A stretch of DNA of 64,000 bases from an uncultured Spirochaetota bacterium (lineage in GTDB: Bacteria > Spirochaetota > Brevinematia > Brevinematales > JAOACQ01), in contig CAWAOD010000004.1 in assembly GCA_963783575.1 (NCBI GenBank), positions 224,001-288,000 of the forward strand, in the 5' to 3' direction. The notes beneath the pieces are model-generated. The model was not told where the DNA came from and made no database searches. It saw nothing but the letters and a program-made list of their open reading frames with translations. Shown in pieces: positions 10,888 to 21,885 of the stretch (positions are counted from its first letter, which is position 1; the number at the start of each line of letters is the position of its first letter). The translations under genes were made by a program, and so were the position numbers.

Positions 10888-11994
10888 TTATATTTTCAAC
10901 CTGGTTTTATAAATATTTAAAGCGAGCTCAACAATTTTATCCATATTATAGTATTTATAATTTGCCAGCCGACCGGCAAATATTATGTTTTTAAGTTTTT
11001 CTGATTCCAGAGCATATTTTTCATAGAGTTTCTGGTTTTCAAAAGTCAGCACAGGATAAAACGGTTCTCCGGTATCTTTCGAATATTCTTTAACAATAAC
11101 CGTTTTTTCAATTTGCTGCCCGGTAATATGCTTGAATTCGGTAATTCTTGTAAAATCATAATCGTTTGGATAATTAACAGTAGCCACAGCCTGGAAAAAC
11201 GGGGAATTAATTGTCTCAAACCTGAAATCCAGCGACCTGTATGGCAAAGTACCGTATTTATAATCAAAGAAATTGTCTATACTTCCGGTAAATATCAATC
11301 TTTCATATTCAATCTGCTGTCTTATTTCAAGAAAATCAGTATTCAGCAGAAGATGAATTTTCGGGTGATTCAAAAGATTCTCAAACATCACCGAATATCC
11401 GTATTTCGGAACACCCTGGTACCTGTCCGTAAAGTAACGCCCGTCCCTGTTTGCTCTGACAGGTATTCTTCCGGCAACTTCCGGCGATAATTCTTCAGGA
11501 AAGACGCCCCATTGCTTTTTAGTATAATTTTTGTAAAATTTTTCATATAGTTCGGTGCCGATTTTACTTATGACAGTATCCATGGAATTTTCAATCTTCT
11601 TCCTGTCTACCCTGACGGAATTGAAGAATTCGGAAATATTTACCGCTGTATAATCCGTTCCGTAAAGCAGATTAATTGTATCCAGATTTATAGGAACCGG
11701 CAGATAAAGCCCGTCAACATAAGCCAGAATTCTGTATTGGAAAGCCCTCCAATCTGTAAACGCGGACAAAAAATCCCACACTTCCCTGTTATTAGTATGA
11801 AAAATATGCGGGCCATACTTATGAACAAGAAAACCGCTTTCATTATAAAAATCATGGGAATTCCCCCCAGTATGGTTTCTTTTTTCAACAATAAGAACTT
11901 CCTCACCCATACCTTCAGCAATAAGCCTTGCAAAGACTGACCCGCAAAAACCGGCCCCAATTATTACATTTTTAAATCTCATATATAACCCCAT
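10888..11994 (-). CDS. glf: UDP-galactopyranose mutase
   Basis: GAGFCG FAD motif, HKYGPHIFHT, YTKKQWG, RITEFKH, GRLANYKYYNMD. Confidence 0.95.
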   Translation of the reverse strand: MGLYMRFKNVIIGAGFCGSVFARLIAEGMGEEVLIVEKRNHTGGNSHDFYNESGFLVHKYGPHIFHTNNREVWDFLSAFTDWRAFQYRILAYVDGLYLPVPINLDTINLLYGTDYTAVNISEFFNSVRVDRKKIENSMDTVISKIGTELYEKFYKNYTKKQWGVFPEELSPEVAGRIPVRANRDGRYFTDRYQGVPKYGYSVMFENLLNHPKIHLLLNTDFLEIRQQIEYERLIFTGSIDNFFDYKYGTLPYRSLDFRFETINSPFFQAVATVNYPNDYDFTRITEFKHITGQQIEKTVIVKEYSKDTGEPFYPVLTFENQKLYEKYALESEKLKNIIFAGRLANYKYYNMDKIVELALNIYKTRLKI

Positions 11995-12298
11995 AATTCT
12001 TTAGATTTATTATTCAAATAGAATCGGATAATTATATAATCATTTATTATATATCAATGAATTAAATTAATAAACAATGAAATGATTATCAATTTATTTT
12101 ATCTAACAGGGATTCCAGGCGTGCATCTTTCTGCTTTTATTTATCAATTGCTGATATTATCGATAATTCTGAAATGATGAAAAACAGATAGATTTTCAGT
12201 GGCAATAACCCTTTCTTGCTTTTTAACGATGAGTAGTCCTATGAATTTGTATATTGCAAAACCGCTGCAATCAAGAAGTCACAATCATAGAATATTTT

Positions 12299-12928
12299 TT
12301 ACGGCCAGAGACGCTGGATTTCAGAACGGTTCCTGTTAATCCTAACAAACAGGTTATCAATCACTTTATAATAATTCAAATCCCCTGTTTTCATCCTGTA
12401 AACCTCATCTTCCATATTTTCAAGATCGGTTCTATACCCCTTAATTCCATCGGCAGCCTGAGCAAAACCGATCGCCTGATCCCAATACTTCCTGGCCTGA
12501 GTAAAATAGAATTCTGCGATATCATATCCGTCGAGATATTCTTTTTTGAACTCTTTATTAAAGAAAAATATGTGCTCTTTCATATAAAGATAACCGTAAT
12601 TGATATATTCCTGGGTTAGAAGACGGCAGATATGAGTCATAAGAAGATCCTTATAGCGCTCATACTGAATTTCATTGGTAATGTACGTAATAGCCCTGAT
12701 CGGATGATCGTTCGGCACGGAATAAGCCAGCTCGAGAAAGAAAATATTCCGGCTTACGGAGTCCATATCGGAATAGAGCCATTGATTGTATAGCCTGAAA
12801 AAATCCTCTTTATACCTGATTTTATCTCTGAGAGGCTGATATCCGAAATCCGCAGGATTTGAATAAGATATAACCGTACTCAAAATAAAAAAAATAAATA
12901 ATAATGATAATTTCAATATAGTTTTCAT
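12299..12928 (-). CDS. Exported hypothetical protein (spirochaete-type)
   Basis: N-terminal signal peptide, helical body; resembles conserved spirochaete hypotheticals (from recall). Confidence 0.65.
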   Translation of the reverse strand: MKTILKLSLLFIFFILSTVISYSNPADFGYQPLRDKIRYKEDFFRLYNQWLYSDMDSVSRNIFFLELAYSVPNDHPIRAITYITNEIQYERYKDLLMTHICRLLTQEYINYGYLYMKEHIFFFNKEFKKEYLDGYDIAEFYFTQARKYWDQAIGFAQAADGIKGYRTDLENMEDEVYRMKTGDLNYYKVIDNLFVRINRNRSEIQRLWP

Positions 12929-13175
12929 ATTATTTCCCGTTTTAACAGCATATTGTCAAAAGTTTTTATTGTATAGTTTAATAACTTATTATTTGTTTAA
13001 AATAATAGTTGATATCGTAATCTCCCCTCCGCAGAAGGGGAAATGATTATTATTCTTTAATGTAGATCGGAATATTTTTATTTAAGATGAATGGATTTTA
13101 TATCGATTATATTGAACTGCATACTTTCTTATATCAGTCTATGGAATATGTATCACAAAAAAAAAATAATAAAAT

Positions 13176-13367
13176 TTAGAAACTGTCAAGCAGGAATTTA
13201 GCTTTATGATAATCCTCTTTTCTGACAAAAATATGGGCTTTTGATAAGCCGACCACAGTTTCATCATATACAAAGCATTCGATATCTTCACTTTCCAGTT
13301 TAACATGCAGGATATTAGCATCCGCAATAGAATCAAAACTCGCGATCTTTACCAATTCGTTACTCAT
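13176..13367 (-). CDS. DUF2007 / putative signal-transducing small protein
   Basis: A.I...LESE.I.C...DE and IFV..EDY.KA pattern; GGAG SD. Confidence 0.75.
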   Translation of the reverse strand: MSNELVKIASFDSIADANILHVKLESEDIECFVYDETVVGLSKAHIFVRKEDYHKAKFLLDSF

Positions 13368-13416
13368 ACCATTCTCCCATCACAAATATAAAATATGTTT
13401 ATGTTAACCTCTGATA

Positions 13417-14889
13417 TCAGTAAGCTCCTTTTCTATTAAGAACAGCAGGGATGGACTTAAAAATAATAATTATATCCAGCCATAGTGACCAATTCTGTAC
13501 ATACCAGACATCGGTTTGTATCCTGAAATCATAACCAGTGTCGCTTCGGCCGCTTACCTGCCATAAGCCGGTCATGCCCGGCAGAACAGAGTAATAATAA
13601 TGCCTGTAGCTTCCGTAATATTTTTCAATTTCTTCCTGAATAACCGGCCTCGGGCCTACGGCGCTCATTTCCCCCCGCATTATGTTAAAAATCTGGGGAA
13701 GTTCATCCAGGCTTGTCTTCCGTAAAAATTTACCTATTGACGTAACGCGGGGATCGTTTTTTATTTTAAAATTTTTATCCCACTCCCTTTTTGCCGCAGG
13801 ATCCGTTTCAAGGATGTTCTTTAACCTTTCCTGAGCATCCATGTACATCGTCCTGAATTTATATGCATAAAACTCCATACCGTCTTTACCTATTCTTGGC
13901 TGTCTGAAGATAACCGTTCCCTTTGATGTAATTTTAATTAATAAAGCAATAAATAAAAAAACCGGAGAAATAAATATAAATAGGAGTATCGAAGTCGTTA
14001 TGTCAAAGCCCCTTTTTACTATCCTGTTTGCCGTAGAATTAAGGTTATTGTTCACCTTGATCATGAATAATTTTTCCATAAAAAGGTACTGGAGTTCGGA
14101 ATTAAAAATCGCTACACCGTTAATATCGGGAATTATTATAACGCGTTTAACAAGCTTGTAAACATCATTTACTATCCGCGTCAATTCTTCCTGGGATACG
14201 CTGGGATTAGCAATAAATACAGTTTCTATATTCAGTAAATGGATAAATTTCTCATAGTTCTTTATTGGCCCATAAACCTTATATTCTTTATCATTAATCC
14301 TGATTGTTTTACCGATATTTTTTGGGTTATCGTCAAGAAATCCGACAACATTGTAGCCAAGGTGTTCTTCATTGTATAATCCATTGATTGTGGCTACAGC
14401 TTTTTCTCCGGCACCTATAATAAGAACCGATTCCTTCCATACCCCTGTTTTAAAAAGAAATTTCTTCCCCCAATATCTTACAATTGGAAGCGCAAAGATC
14501 AGATATGCCCACAGATATAGAAAAACTGTTCTGGAAATATTTCCATACATATTCCTGATGGTAATAGTAAGGAAAATAAAAACTATAGCGATGGTGACAG
14601 ATTTAAAAATAATTCTGGATTCATCCCAGAATGGGTATCTCGCATTATAAAGTTTTTCAAACTGAAGCACAATGATATAAGCAAGCGGTATCCACAATAT
14701 CGATACGGTATAAGAAAATAAAAAAACAAAAGCTGAAAAATTTTCGCTTCCGAAAATATACTTGAAATTCATCAGGTATTTAAAATTCCTCTGGCTGAAA
14801 ATCGCTAGCAGCAGAGAAATATAAAAAGCCGCAAGATCAAGAACAACAAGTGATATGTACTGCGCGAGCGCTTTATATTTAAACCTCAT
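13417..14889 (-). CDS. wbaP: Undecaprenyl-phosphate galactose phosphotransferase (WbaP/ExoY family)
   Basis: N-terminal TMs, CoA-binding-like domain, KFRTM, NDPRVT..G.FLRKTSLDELPQ, GMTGLWQVSGR. Confidence 0.88.
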   Translation of the reverse strand: MRFKYKALAQYISLVVLDLAAFYISLLLAIFSQRNFKYLMNFKYIFGSENFSAFVFLFSYTVSILWIPLAYIIVLQFEKLYNARYPFWDESRIIFKSVTIAIVFIFLTITIRNMYGNISRTVFLYLWAYLIFALPIVRYWGKKFLFKTGVWKESVLIIGAGEKAVATINGLYNEEHLGYNVVGFLDDNPKNIGKTIRINDKEYKVYGPIKNYEKFIHLLNIETVFIANPSVSQEELTRIVNDVYKLVKRVIIIPDINGVAIFNSELQYLFMEKLFMIKVNNNLNSTANRIVKRGFDITTSILLFIFISPVFLFIALLIKITSKGTVIFRQPRIGKDGMEFYAYKFRTMYMDAQERLKNILETDPAAKREWDKNFKIKNDPRVTSIGKFLRKTSLDELPQIFNIMRGEMSAVGPRPVIQEEIEKYYGSYRHYYYSVLPGMTGLWQVSGRSDTGYDFRIQTDVWYVQNWSLWLDIIIIFKSIPAVLNRKGAY

Positions 14890-15025
14890 TCAGAGCTCCG
14901 GAAAGATAAAAGTTAATTATCGGTATTTTTGGAAAGCTTTATATATTCAACAATAGTGATTATACATTAAATTGAGATTATTTTCAAGACAATATTCTAT
15001 AACCCTCGCTCAGCATCTCCGCTAG

Positions 15026-15051
15026 TAACCCCCGATTTAAACCGGGGGTTA
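15026..15051. repeat. REP-like intergenic hairpin
   Basis: TAACCCCCG-atttaaac-CGGGGGTTA, perfect 9-bp stem. Confidence 0.5.
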
Positions 15052-15113
15052 TTTCTAGGTAAATCAGTTGTAATGGAATTAAATGATAGTTCCCATTGAA
15101 ATATAAAAAAACT

Positions 15114-15141
15114 AAAAAAGGCGGCAGTATCAACTGCCGCC
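15114..15141 (-). terminator. Rho-independent terminator of the lipoprotein pair
   Basis: GGCGGCAGT-4nt-ACTGCCGCC stem followed by a T-tract on the minus strand, 25 bp after the stop at 15167. Confidence 0.85.
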
Positions 15142-15166
15142 TATCTTATTATTATGCCGCCTGATT

Positions 15167-15820
15167 TTATTCAAGCCCCTTATTGATGCCTTCAAGTACT
15201 TTGTCCGCTTTATCTTTCAGCTCCGGCGGTATTTTTTTGGCTACAGGTTCCCAGGCGTTCTTTAAAAGTTTTTGATAAATTGTATAATCAAGAACATACC
15301 TCTTAACAAACCTGTAATAAGTTTTTGATGCCCCGCCCTGCACTTCCTGGAGATATTCCCAGTAATCCTCGAACGGCCTTGATCCGCCGATATTGACATT
15401 CTTGGAAACAGCGGCAATTGTCTGCTCAAAATAAGTATCCAGATCGGAAGAGTCATTCAGCATTCCCTGTTTGGCAATTGCAAATTCTGTTGTTGCAACC
15501 TGTTTTATCATTTCTGCCAGCATTTCAATCAAATTGCCTTTAGCTTCTGCTTCAGCCTTTTCTTTTGTATCTCTCTGGGCTTCTACGGTAATAAAGATAA
15601 CCTTATTTCCTTCTTCATCTTTTCCGATTTCCCATTTTTTGCTTACCCATGCCGGTGTAGGGCTTATGCTTTGCTGAACCACAAAAACCTGAATTCTTGC
15701 CGCCTGTGCCGGTTCAGGCGTAGGAGCCGGAGCAGGAGCCGGCTGCGGTTTTTGCCCGCCGCATGAGGTGATAAATACTGTCAATATGATCGAAACTAAG
15801 ATTAACCCGATTCTTTTCAT
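15167..15820 (-). CDS. Lipoprotein (LPP20-like)
   Basis: Lipobox ITSC, Pro/Ala linker, PAWV motif. Confidence 0.7.
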   Translation of the reverse strand: MKRIGLILVSIILTVFITSCGGQKPQPAPAPAPTPEPAQAARIQVFVVQQSISPTPAWVSKKWEIGKDEEGNKVIFITVEAQRDTKEKAEAEAKGNLIEMLAEMIKQVATTEFAIAKQGMLNDSSDLDTYFEQTIAAVSKNVNIGGSRPFEDYWEYLQEVQGGASKTYYRFVKRYVLDYTIYQKLLKNAWEPVAKKIPPELKDKADKVLEGINKGLE

Positions 15821-15879
15821 AAAATAGACCTCCTAAATTTCACTTTTGATTTCGATATACCAAAACAATCAAATAAATA

Positions 15880-17163
15880 TTACTGTAATGTAAAAGTTAA
15901 TTCGTTCCCTCTGATTTCTTTAAGATCCAGTTTTTCAAAGCCTGGTTTACCGGACAATGCGTCAAAAATCCTGTTTACGGCATCCATCGGTTTCCCTTTG
16001 TATTGAAGATTGAAATCATAAACCATATCTTCCTTGGAACCAGATTTTAAAGTGATGTTGACAACCCCGTCAATATTTCCGAGGGCGGTTGTAAACTGGC
16101 TTGCATCACTGAAGGATTGTACTCCCGTTAACCTTACGAAATAAAATCTACCATTGTTTACATATTTTTTCAAGCTAACGGTAAGTTCATCTCTTATTTT
16201 TTTACTGGCTTCTCTCATACTCATCTTTATTGAAGCTTGAAGAGAGCTTGATTCATATTCCTGGCCCCCTTTTTCAATTGTGGCAATCAATGACCCGGTA
16301 GTCCTTACAAAAACCTTAACGCTTAATATTGCGTGGCCCTTTGTTCCCTGATAGCTGACTGCCGGTGTTACCTCGGCATATAGTTCTGCAAAAACCTTCT
16401 GCGCCAATAAAAGCCCAATTCCGACACTTCCGCTGTCCGCCTCCTGCAGAAGGCCTCTTTCATTTGCGAGCTTTTCCACAGTATCAAGATCATATGTTTG
16501 AATATTCAGTGCTGAAATCTCTCTGTTAATATTATCCACGGCCCATCTGGAATAAGTTTCCTGATCGGAGTCGTTTTTCAATGCCGGATCCTTTGGATTA
16601 TAATATACCAAAAAAGTTAGCGCCGTAAGATCAACGCCGCTGAGATCTTCGCCTACAGCAGGCTGATTTTCGGGAGCGGGAGTTGCTGCTGAAGGCGCCG
16701 CAGCTTCTTTCAGGCTCATCGCATCAAGATCTGATTTCAATTTTTTTATATTGACATAAGCCTGTAATTTTAGCACAAGATTTTTATTTTCATCCCGGAC
16801 ATTTGAAAGCCATTTTTTCTCTTTTTCGGGAGCGGTCTTATCGGTCTCGCCCAGAATATATTTCCTTGCGGAAATATAAGTTAGAAAGGTCTTACTAAGT
16901 TCGATTTCATTCTGATTGAACTTTTGATCACCTATAATAAAAATAATGCCCTTTTTGACAATATCGGCATATGCGTTCGCAACAGCTTGTGCGAATTCGC
17001 TTGCAGTGCCGTCACCTACGAATTCTTTATCATCCGGAAGGGTGTTGACGTCAGTTTTAGCCGGCATTTGCGGCTTTACAGCATTACCGTTTCCGCATGA
17101 ATTCAATACGAATAGCAGCAAAAAACCTGGTATAATAACAAACATTAACCGAAATCTTTTCAT
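15880..17163 (-). CDS. Multidomain lipoprotein
   Basis: Lipobox LNSC after MKRFRL; Ala/Pro linker between domains. Confidence 0.7.
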   Translation of the reverse strand: MKRFRLMFVIIPGFLLLFVLNSCGNGNAVKPQMPAKTDVNTLPDDKEFVGDGTASEFAQAVANAYADIVKKGIIFIIGDQKFNQNEIELSKTFLTYISARKYILGETDKTAPEKEKKWLSNVRDENKNLVLKLQAYVNIKKLKSDLDAMSLKEAAAPSAATPAPENQPAVGEDLSGVDLTALTFLVYYNPKDPALKNDSDQETYSRWAVDNINREISALNIQTYDLDTVEKLANERGLLQEADSGSVGIGLLLAQKVFAELYAEVTPAVSYQGTKGHAILSVKVFVRTTGSLIATIEKGGQEYESSSLQASIKMSMREASKKIRDELTVSLKKYVNNGRFYFVRLTGVQSFSDASQFTTALGNIDGVVNITLKSGSKEDMVYDFNLQYKGKPMDAVNRIFDALSGKPGFEKLDLKEIRGNELTFTLQ

Positions 17164-17405
17164 GATATCTCCCCATAAAATTCCTTTAATTAATATTATC
17201 ACTAATTAATATAATTTTCAAGTTGGCTGAATGTCAAATTAAGGCTTCATTTCTTTTGATAAATTTTTCTCAGCTGTAATATTGTGTTCTAAAAACAAAT
17301 ATAAATTAAACCATCGCTGCTATTTAAAATATATGGGAAAAATGCCGAAAATAAATATACGGATGTTCCTATCAACAAAAAATATTTGCGGAAACAGGTA
17401 AGAAA

Positions 17406-17822
17406 ATGAAATTTATCACATTATTATTTTTTAATATCATTTCTTTTTATATTCTGGTTGTTTTTGTGATCGGTAACGGAGGGATAATTGACAATTTGAA
17501 GAAGGTTGCATTGATATACCAGATGGAAAATAAAAAACTGACCGGTGAGCTTGAGCTGGAGAACCTTAAAACAAAACTCTACCGCCTTCAGTCATTGGCA
17601 GTTCCGGATTATTCAATTCTCGCCGAACAGGGGAAAAAAGCGGATAAAATGATTATCTTTAAATATATTAATCAAAAAGAAAATAATATCGCCAAAACTG
17701 AAATTAATATTGATATTTATAAATACAGGATATTTTTTACCGGTTTTCTGGCAGTGATATTAATAATTACCGGAAACATATTAATATATATAATAATGGG
17801 CAAAAAAGGTATAGAAAAATGA
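17406..17822 (+). CDS. FtsB/DivIC-like septum formation initiator with an extra C-terminal TM
   Basis: TM-G..G-coiled-coil pattern. Confidence 0.45.
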   Translation: MKFITLLFFNIISFYILVVFVIGNGGIIDNLKKVALIYQMENKKLTGELELENLKTKLYRLQSLAVPDYSILAEQGKKADKMIIFKYINQKENNIAKTEINIDIYKYRIFFTGFLAVILIITGNILIYIIMGKKGIEK

Positions 17823-18322
17823 ATATTTACCTCACCGGGTTCAGGGGAAGCGGAAAGACAACTCTGGGAAAAGAACTCGCTAAAATAAAGCAGATGATAT
17901 TTATTGATATGGATGAATTAATAGTTGAAAAAACCAAGTTATCAATTCCGGAAATTTTTGAAAAATACGGCGAGGCTTATTTTAGAAAGATCGAGAGTGA
18001 AATACTTTTGGAAATTTCGGCAAACAACAACCAGGTTGTTTCTACCGGGGGCGGGATTATTATAAGCGAAGGTAATAGGGAAATTCTTAAGAAAACAGGT
18101 CTCTGCATCTATCTTACTGCATCCCCGGAAATCACTTATGAAAGAATCAAGGATGATGGCAACAGGCCAGCTTTAACAAGCAGTCCTTTAAAAAAAGAGA
18201 TCGGGGAAATTTTAAAATTCAGGAAGCCTCTATATAAAGAAACTGCCGATTTAGTCCTGGATACAGGCAAAAATGATATTGATTCTTGCCTTTTAATTAT
18301 TTTAAAAAGTATAAACAATTAA
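17819..18322 (+). CDS. aroK: Shikimate kinase
   Basis: GFRGSGKT P-loop, D.D, GE.YFR..E, STGGG, RP.L. Confidence 0.95.
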   Translation: MNIYLTGFRGSGKTTLGKELAKIKQMIFIDMDELIVEKTKLSIPEIFEKYGEAYFRKIESEILLEISANNNQVVSTGGGIIISEGNREILKKTGLCIYLTASPEITYERIKDDGNRPALTSSPLKKEIGEILKFRKPLYKETADLVLDTGKNDIDSCLLIILKSINN

Positions 18323-19368
18323 AGAGGAATAAACTTATGCTGAAATTTTACAGAAGCCTAAAAATCATAATCTTAGTATTTATTATAATTTTAATATCCG
18401 CTATCTTATTTTATGAAAACACAAAAAACATGAAATTTAATTACCTGTCGGTCCCTGTTTTTCAGCCTTTAATTAATAATTATGTTTCAATAAAAAATTT
18501 TATTCTGGATGATCCATACAATAAAAACATTTTATCCGGGATCGAAAAGACAAAGATTAAATTTAAAAATCTATTTGCCTCACTGAATAACGGTGTTTCA
18601 TCCATAACATCGGAAAAATATTTTTATAATAACATTTTTATTTATCTTGTATCAAAAAAAATGGATGATATGGACAGGATCGTTAATAATGTAATATCAA
18701 AAAACCCATCCTTTAAGGATTTGATAATAATCGATAAGGATAAAAACATACTATATAAATATGGCAGCAGTCCATTCACCGCCGAATATTTCATGTTGAC
18801 AAACAATTCGGAAATCCGTTTTATCAATGACGACCTGGGAATTATCAAAAGATTCAGCGATCCTACCCTCGACTATGAAATTGAAGTGATTGCTTTATTC
18901 AACCAGAACTCTGTCCTTAAAGAATTGAAAGATATGAATTTCCCTGCTTTTTTTGTTATGAACAATAAAATCTACAAAAATTCATACCCCCTTCCGGGAA
19001 TCTTTGACAGGCTGCAAAATGATTTGTTTAATGAAAGAAAATATTATACCGGCTTAAAGGTTGTTGAAATGGCGGTTGTATCGATTGACAATTTTAATAT
19101 CGGAACCCTGGGCCTTACCTATTCATCAAGAAGTTTAGGCAGCACATTGCTCATAATGCTAAAATTTATAATATTCCTCATATTAATCACATTAATTTTT
19201 ACCTTTGACAAACTGATTGAAACAAAATTGAAATTACAGATTTCAATGAAAAAAAATAAAAAAATACAAAAGGAAAAGCAGATTCAAAATGAAGCAGATG
19301 TTGCAGTAAATGATGCCAATCTGGAATGGTTTAGCCATTATATTCAGGAAGCGGAAGGTAAGAAATAA
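18286..19368 (+). CDS. Hypothetical membrane protein with a periplasmic domain between two TMs
   Basis: Two TMs; likely start at MLKFY (18337). Confidence 0.6.
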   Translation: MPFNYFKKYKQLKRNKLMLKFYRSLKIIILVFIIILISAILFYENTKNMKFNYLSVPVFQPLINNYVSIKNFILDDPYNKNILSGIEKTKIKFKNLFASLNNGVSSITSEKYFYNNIFIYLVSKKMDDMDRIVNNVISKNPSFKDLIIIDKDKNILYKYGSSPFTAEYFMLTNNSEIRFINDDLGIIKRFSDPTLDYEIEVIALFNQNSVLKELKDMNFPAFFVMNNKIYKNSYPLPGIFDRLQNDLFNERKYYTGLKVVEMAVVSIDNFNIGTLGLTYSSRSLGSTLLIMLKFIIFLILITLIFTFDKLIETKLKLQISMKKNKKIQKEKQIQNEADVAVNDANLEWFSHYIQEAEGKK

Positions 19369-20141
19369 TGGGAAGATCCGCTTTGATCATATTAATTATT
19401 TTGAGTATTATACCCCGCATAAATCAATATGGAATTCAATGGTCGCGAAATAATGTATTAAAATTCACCCCTGTCTCCATATCAAATTTTGAAAATATCC
19501 ATGATTATGAAAACATCGATATCGGCCATGATTTTATACAACCATCACTTGATACAAACTCATGGATTCAAACATGCCGGCAGAATATCGGCGATGATTT
19601 TGTTCTTACAAGTTCTTTTATTAATTTTACAACAGAATCAACCGATTCTTTCCTGACATTAAAATTAATAAACAGCGCTAACGATGATGTTATTTCGGAA
19701 AAAAAACTTAATCAATCAGGCAAAATCGATCTGGTAAATGTCTTTAATAAAAATATTTATCTTCAGATTGAAAATAAAGGGAAGGATATAAAAATATACT
19801 CATTCGGGCTTGTCAGGAGAAGAGAATTGGTTGCCACGTCAAATGACATTTTTATTTCACCCCCTATTCTTTTCTTTGAGGAAGAAAACCTGAAGATAGA
19901 TTTTTCAATAAGATTTCCGGCAAATCTAGATGTTATAATTTTCGATAAAAACGGTAAAATCATTGATTATATAGCTAAAAATGAATTATTTTCAGAAGGC
20001 AGTAATATTTTATTATGGGATCCGTCAGTAAGCAAAAGTACCAGTTTGATTTCCAGTAAATATCTGATTTATTTTAAAATTAAAACAACCGACGGTAAGG
20101 AAACCGGGATTGTAAAAGATTTTATTTTTGTAAAAGATTAA
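19368..20141 (+). CDS. Exported hypothetical protein with a FlgD-like Ig C-terminal domain
   Basis: Signal peptide; IFDKNGKII...G.N...WD pattern. Confidence 0.55.
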   Translation: MGRSALIILIILSIIPRINQYGIQWSRNNVLKFTPVSISNFENIHDYENIDIGHDFIQPSLDTNSWIQTCRQNIGDDFVLTSSFINFTTESTDSFLTLKLINSANDDVISEKKLNQSGKIDLVNVFNKNIYLQIENKGKDIKIYSFGLVRRRELVATSNDIFISPPILFFEEENLKIDFSIRFPANLDVIIFDKNGKIIDYIAKNELFSEGSNILLWDPSVSKSTSLISSKYLIYFKIKTTDGKETGIVKDFIFVKD

Positions 20142-20563
20142 ACATCAACAACACATTGAGCTATATAAAGGTCTTTATCACGGTAAACCTTTAACTGGCA
20201 AAATGTGGCGGCTTTAATTTCCGATTTCAGAATATGTTTATTACTTGTTTTGATTTTTTCTCCCGAAACATTCATAATAATTGCGGTATCGGAAAAACTC
20301 ACAATTTCAAAACCGGTAAAAATACATTTATTGATAGCCGATTCATAAATAAGTCTGTTTATGAAATCAATAAAAAGCTCCTCGAGATTATAAGCCCTGC
20401 TTTCAATGGTTACATTAATTTCATTTGAAAATGAAGACGGATCTGCCGATAAATCGGCCATAATAGAAAACACACACCTGGCAGCTTCGGTAAAAGCCTC
20501 GGGAAAACTTTCCCCGATACCTCTTATACCAATATCGGCAGTATGTTCAAAAGTTTCGTACAT
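20138..20563 (-). CDS. Archease
   Basis: YETFEHTADIGIRG N-terminus, EIKAAT, C-terminal VVDV. Confidence 0.92.
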   Translation of the reverse strand: MYETFEHTADIGIRGIGESFPEAFTEAARCVFSIMADLSADPSSFSNEINVTIESRAYNLEELFIDFINRLIYESAINKCIFTGFEIVSFSDTAIIMNVSGEKIKTSNKHILKSEIKAATFCQLKVYRDKDLYIAQCVVDV

Positions 20564-21885
20564 TATTCCTGCTCCTTATCTCTAATTAAATAAAATCTGC
20601 CTTTTTCCGGATCTTCAACATTGATAATCGACATATCTTTATCATTATTAAGCTGAACCATAATACCACCGCTGCTCTCTGCATCGGGGTCATCAACCGC
20701 CTTATATCTGTATAATTCTTTTCCTTCACCGGAGTATAATATGAGAGTTTCAATCTTGTCAATTTTTGTACGCCCGATAATCCCTTTGCCTAAAAATGAA
20801 ACAAACTCTATCTTCGGTTCCCTGCCTGAAAATTCAGGGTATATATTATTTCCGGTTAGATTTTTTAAAACCGCAGATTCATTATGTGTATAAAAGTTGA
20901 TTGTCCTTGAATTGTTGAAGATGAGACTTCTGAATGGTGTGACGGTCATTTCCTTTGTATTAAGATCAAGAGCTAAAACACCGTTTTTTGTAAGTATATA
21001 TAAATTATTGCTTATTATACTGCTTTCGATCTCTGCCGATTGACGCCAATCCTGTTTTATCTTCACAATAACTCTATCAGGCTGGTATCCTACATCCATA
21101 TTTGTAATTGCGCTTTCCACATTAAAATACCAGAAATAATCGTTATTATTCATAACCAATAAATTACCGGACCAATTCACCCAATGTGAATTTTTGGCGA
21201 AAGCCTGAAGTTCACCGCTGTCGGATTTATATAATACGGTATAATAACTTCCCCCGATTCTTAAAATCAGGCATAGATTTTCGGAGTCTTCAGAAAAATG
21301 AACCGACTCCAGCTTTATAAGGTTTCCGGCAAGGCTTCCTATATAAACGGATTTTCCGGAAGAAAAATTATAAACCTCGAAGTTATGAACCTCTATTCCG
21401 TTTGTTGTGACGCCTTCAAGAAGAAAAATATCATTTTTCGGCGAAGAATAAATCGAATCAAGATCTTTGATTTTTTGAAAATTCTCAACCAAACGATCGT
21501 TTAAATTATACTTAATCAATTTTCCTTTATTGTAATATATTAAAAAATTCCTGTCCTTTTCCTGAAAAATATTTTTCGTAATTAGGACCTTACTTTTTAC
21601 ATTCGAAAAGAGGTTGTCATAAACCTGAAGGTCCCTGGAAAGAACCCATCCATCAAATTTTTTATATGATACTTTACTGTAAAACCCGTCTTTATTTTCA
21701 ATATTAACAACCATCCCAGGCATAAGTGAGAATAGAATTTTTCCATATCCGGGATTTTCATAAATATTTGCATTAAAGCTCTGGACAGTAGCAACAGACG
21801 GGAAAACATTATTCAGTGAAAACATCAGAATAAAGGGAATTAATCCGAATAAAACATGAAAGCCTTTATTCTTCCATTCTTTCAT
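20563..21885 (-). CDS. Exported protein with an N-terminal SH3b-like domain and a beta-rich body
   Basis: ANIYENPG...KVSY...GWV SH3b pattern after a signal segment. Confidence 0.6.
   Translation of the reverse strand: MKEWKNKGFHVLFGLIPFILMFSLNNVFPSVATVQSFNANIYENPGYGKILFSLMPGMVVNIENKDGFYSKVSYKKFDGWVLSRDLQVYDNLFSNVKSKVLITKNIFQEKDRNFLIYYNKGKLIKYNLNDRLVENFQKIKDLDSIYSSPKNDIFLLEGVTTNGIEVHNFEVYNFSSGKSVYIGSLAGNLIKLESVHFSEDSENLCLILRIGGSYYTVLYKSDSGELQAFAKNSHWVNWSGNLLVMNNNDYFWYFNVESAITNMDVGYQPDRVIVKIKQDWRQSAEIESSIISNNLYILTKNGVLALDLNTKEMTVTPFRSLIFNNSRTINFYTHNESAVLKNLTGNNIYPEFSGREPKIEFVSFLGKGIIGRTKIDKIETLILYSGEGKELYRYKAVDDPDAESSGGIMVQLNNDKDMSIINVEDPEKGRFYLIRDKEQE

Noticed and set aside
13023..13041. TCCCCT-N7-AGGGGA hairpin
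   Set aside because: 6-bp stem, single copy in the window; too weak to call
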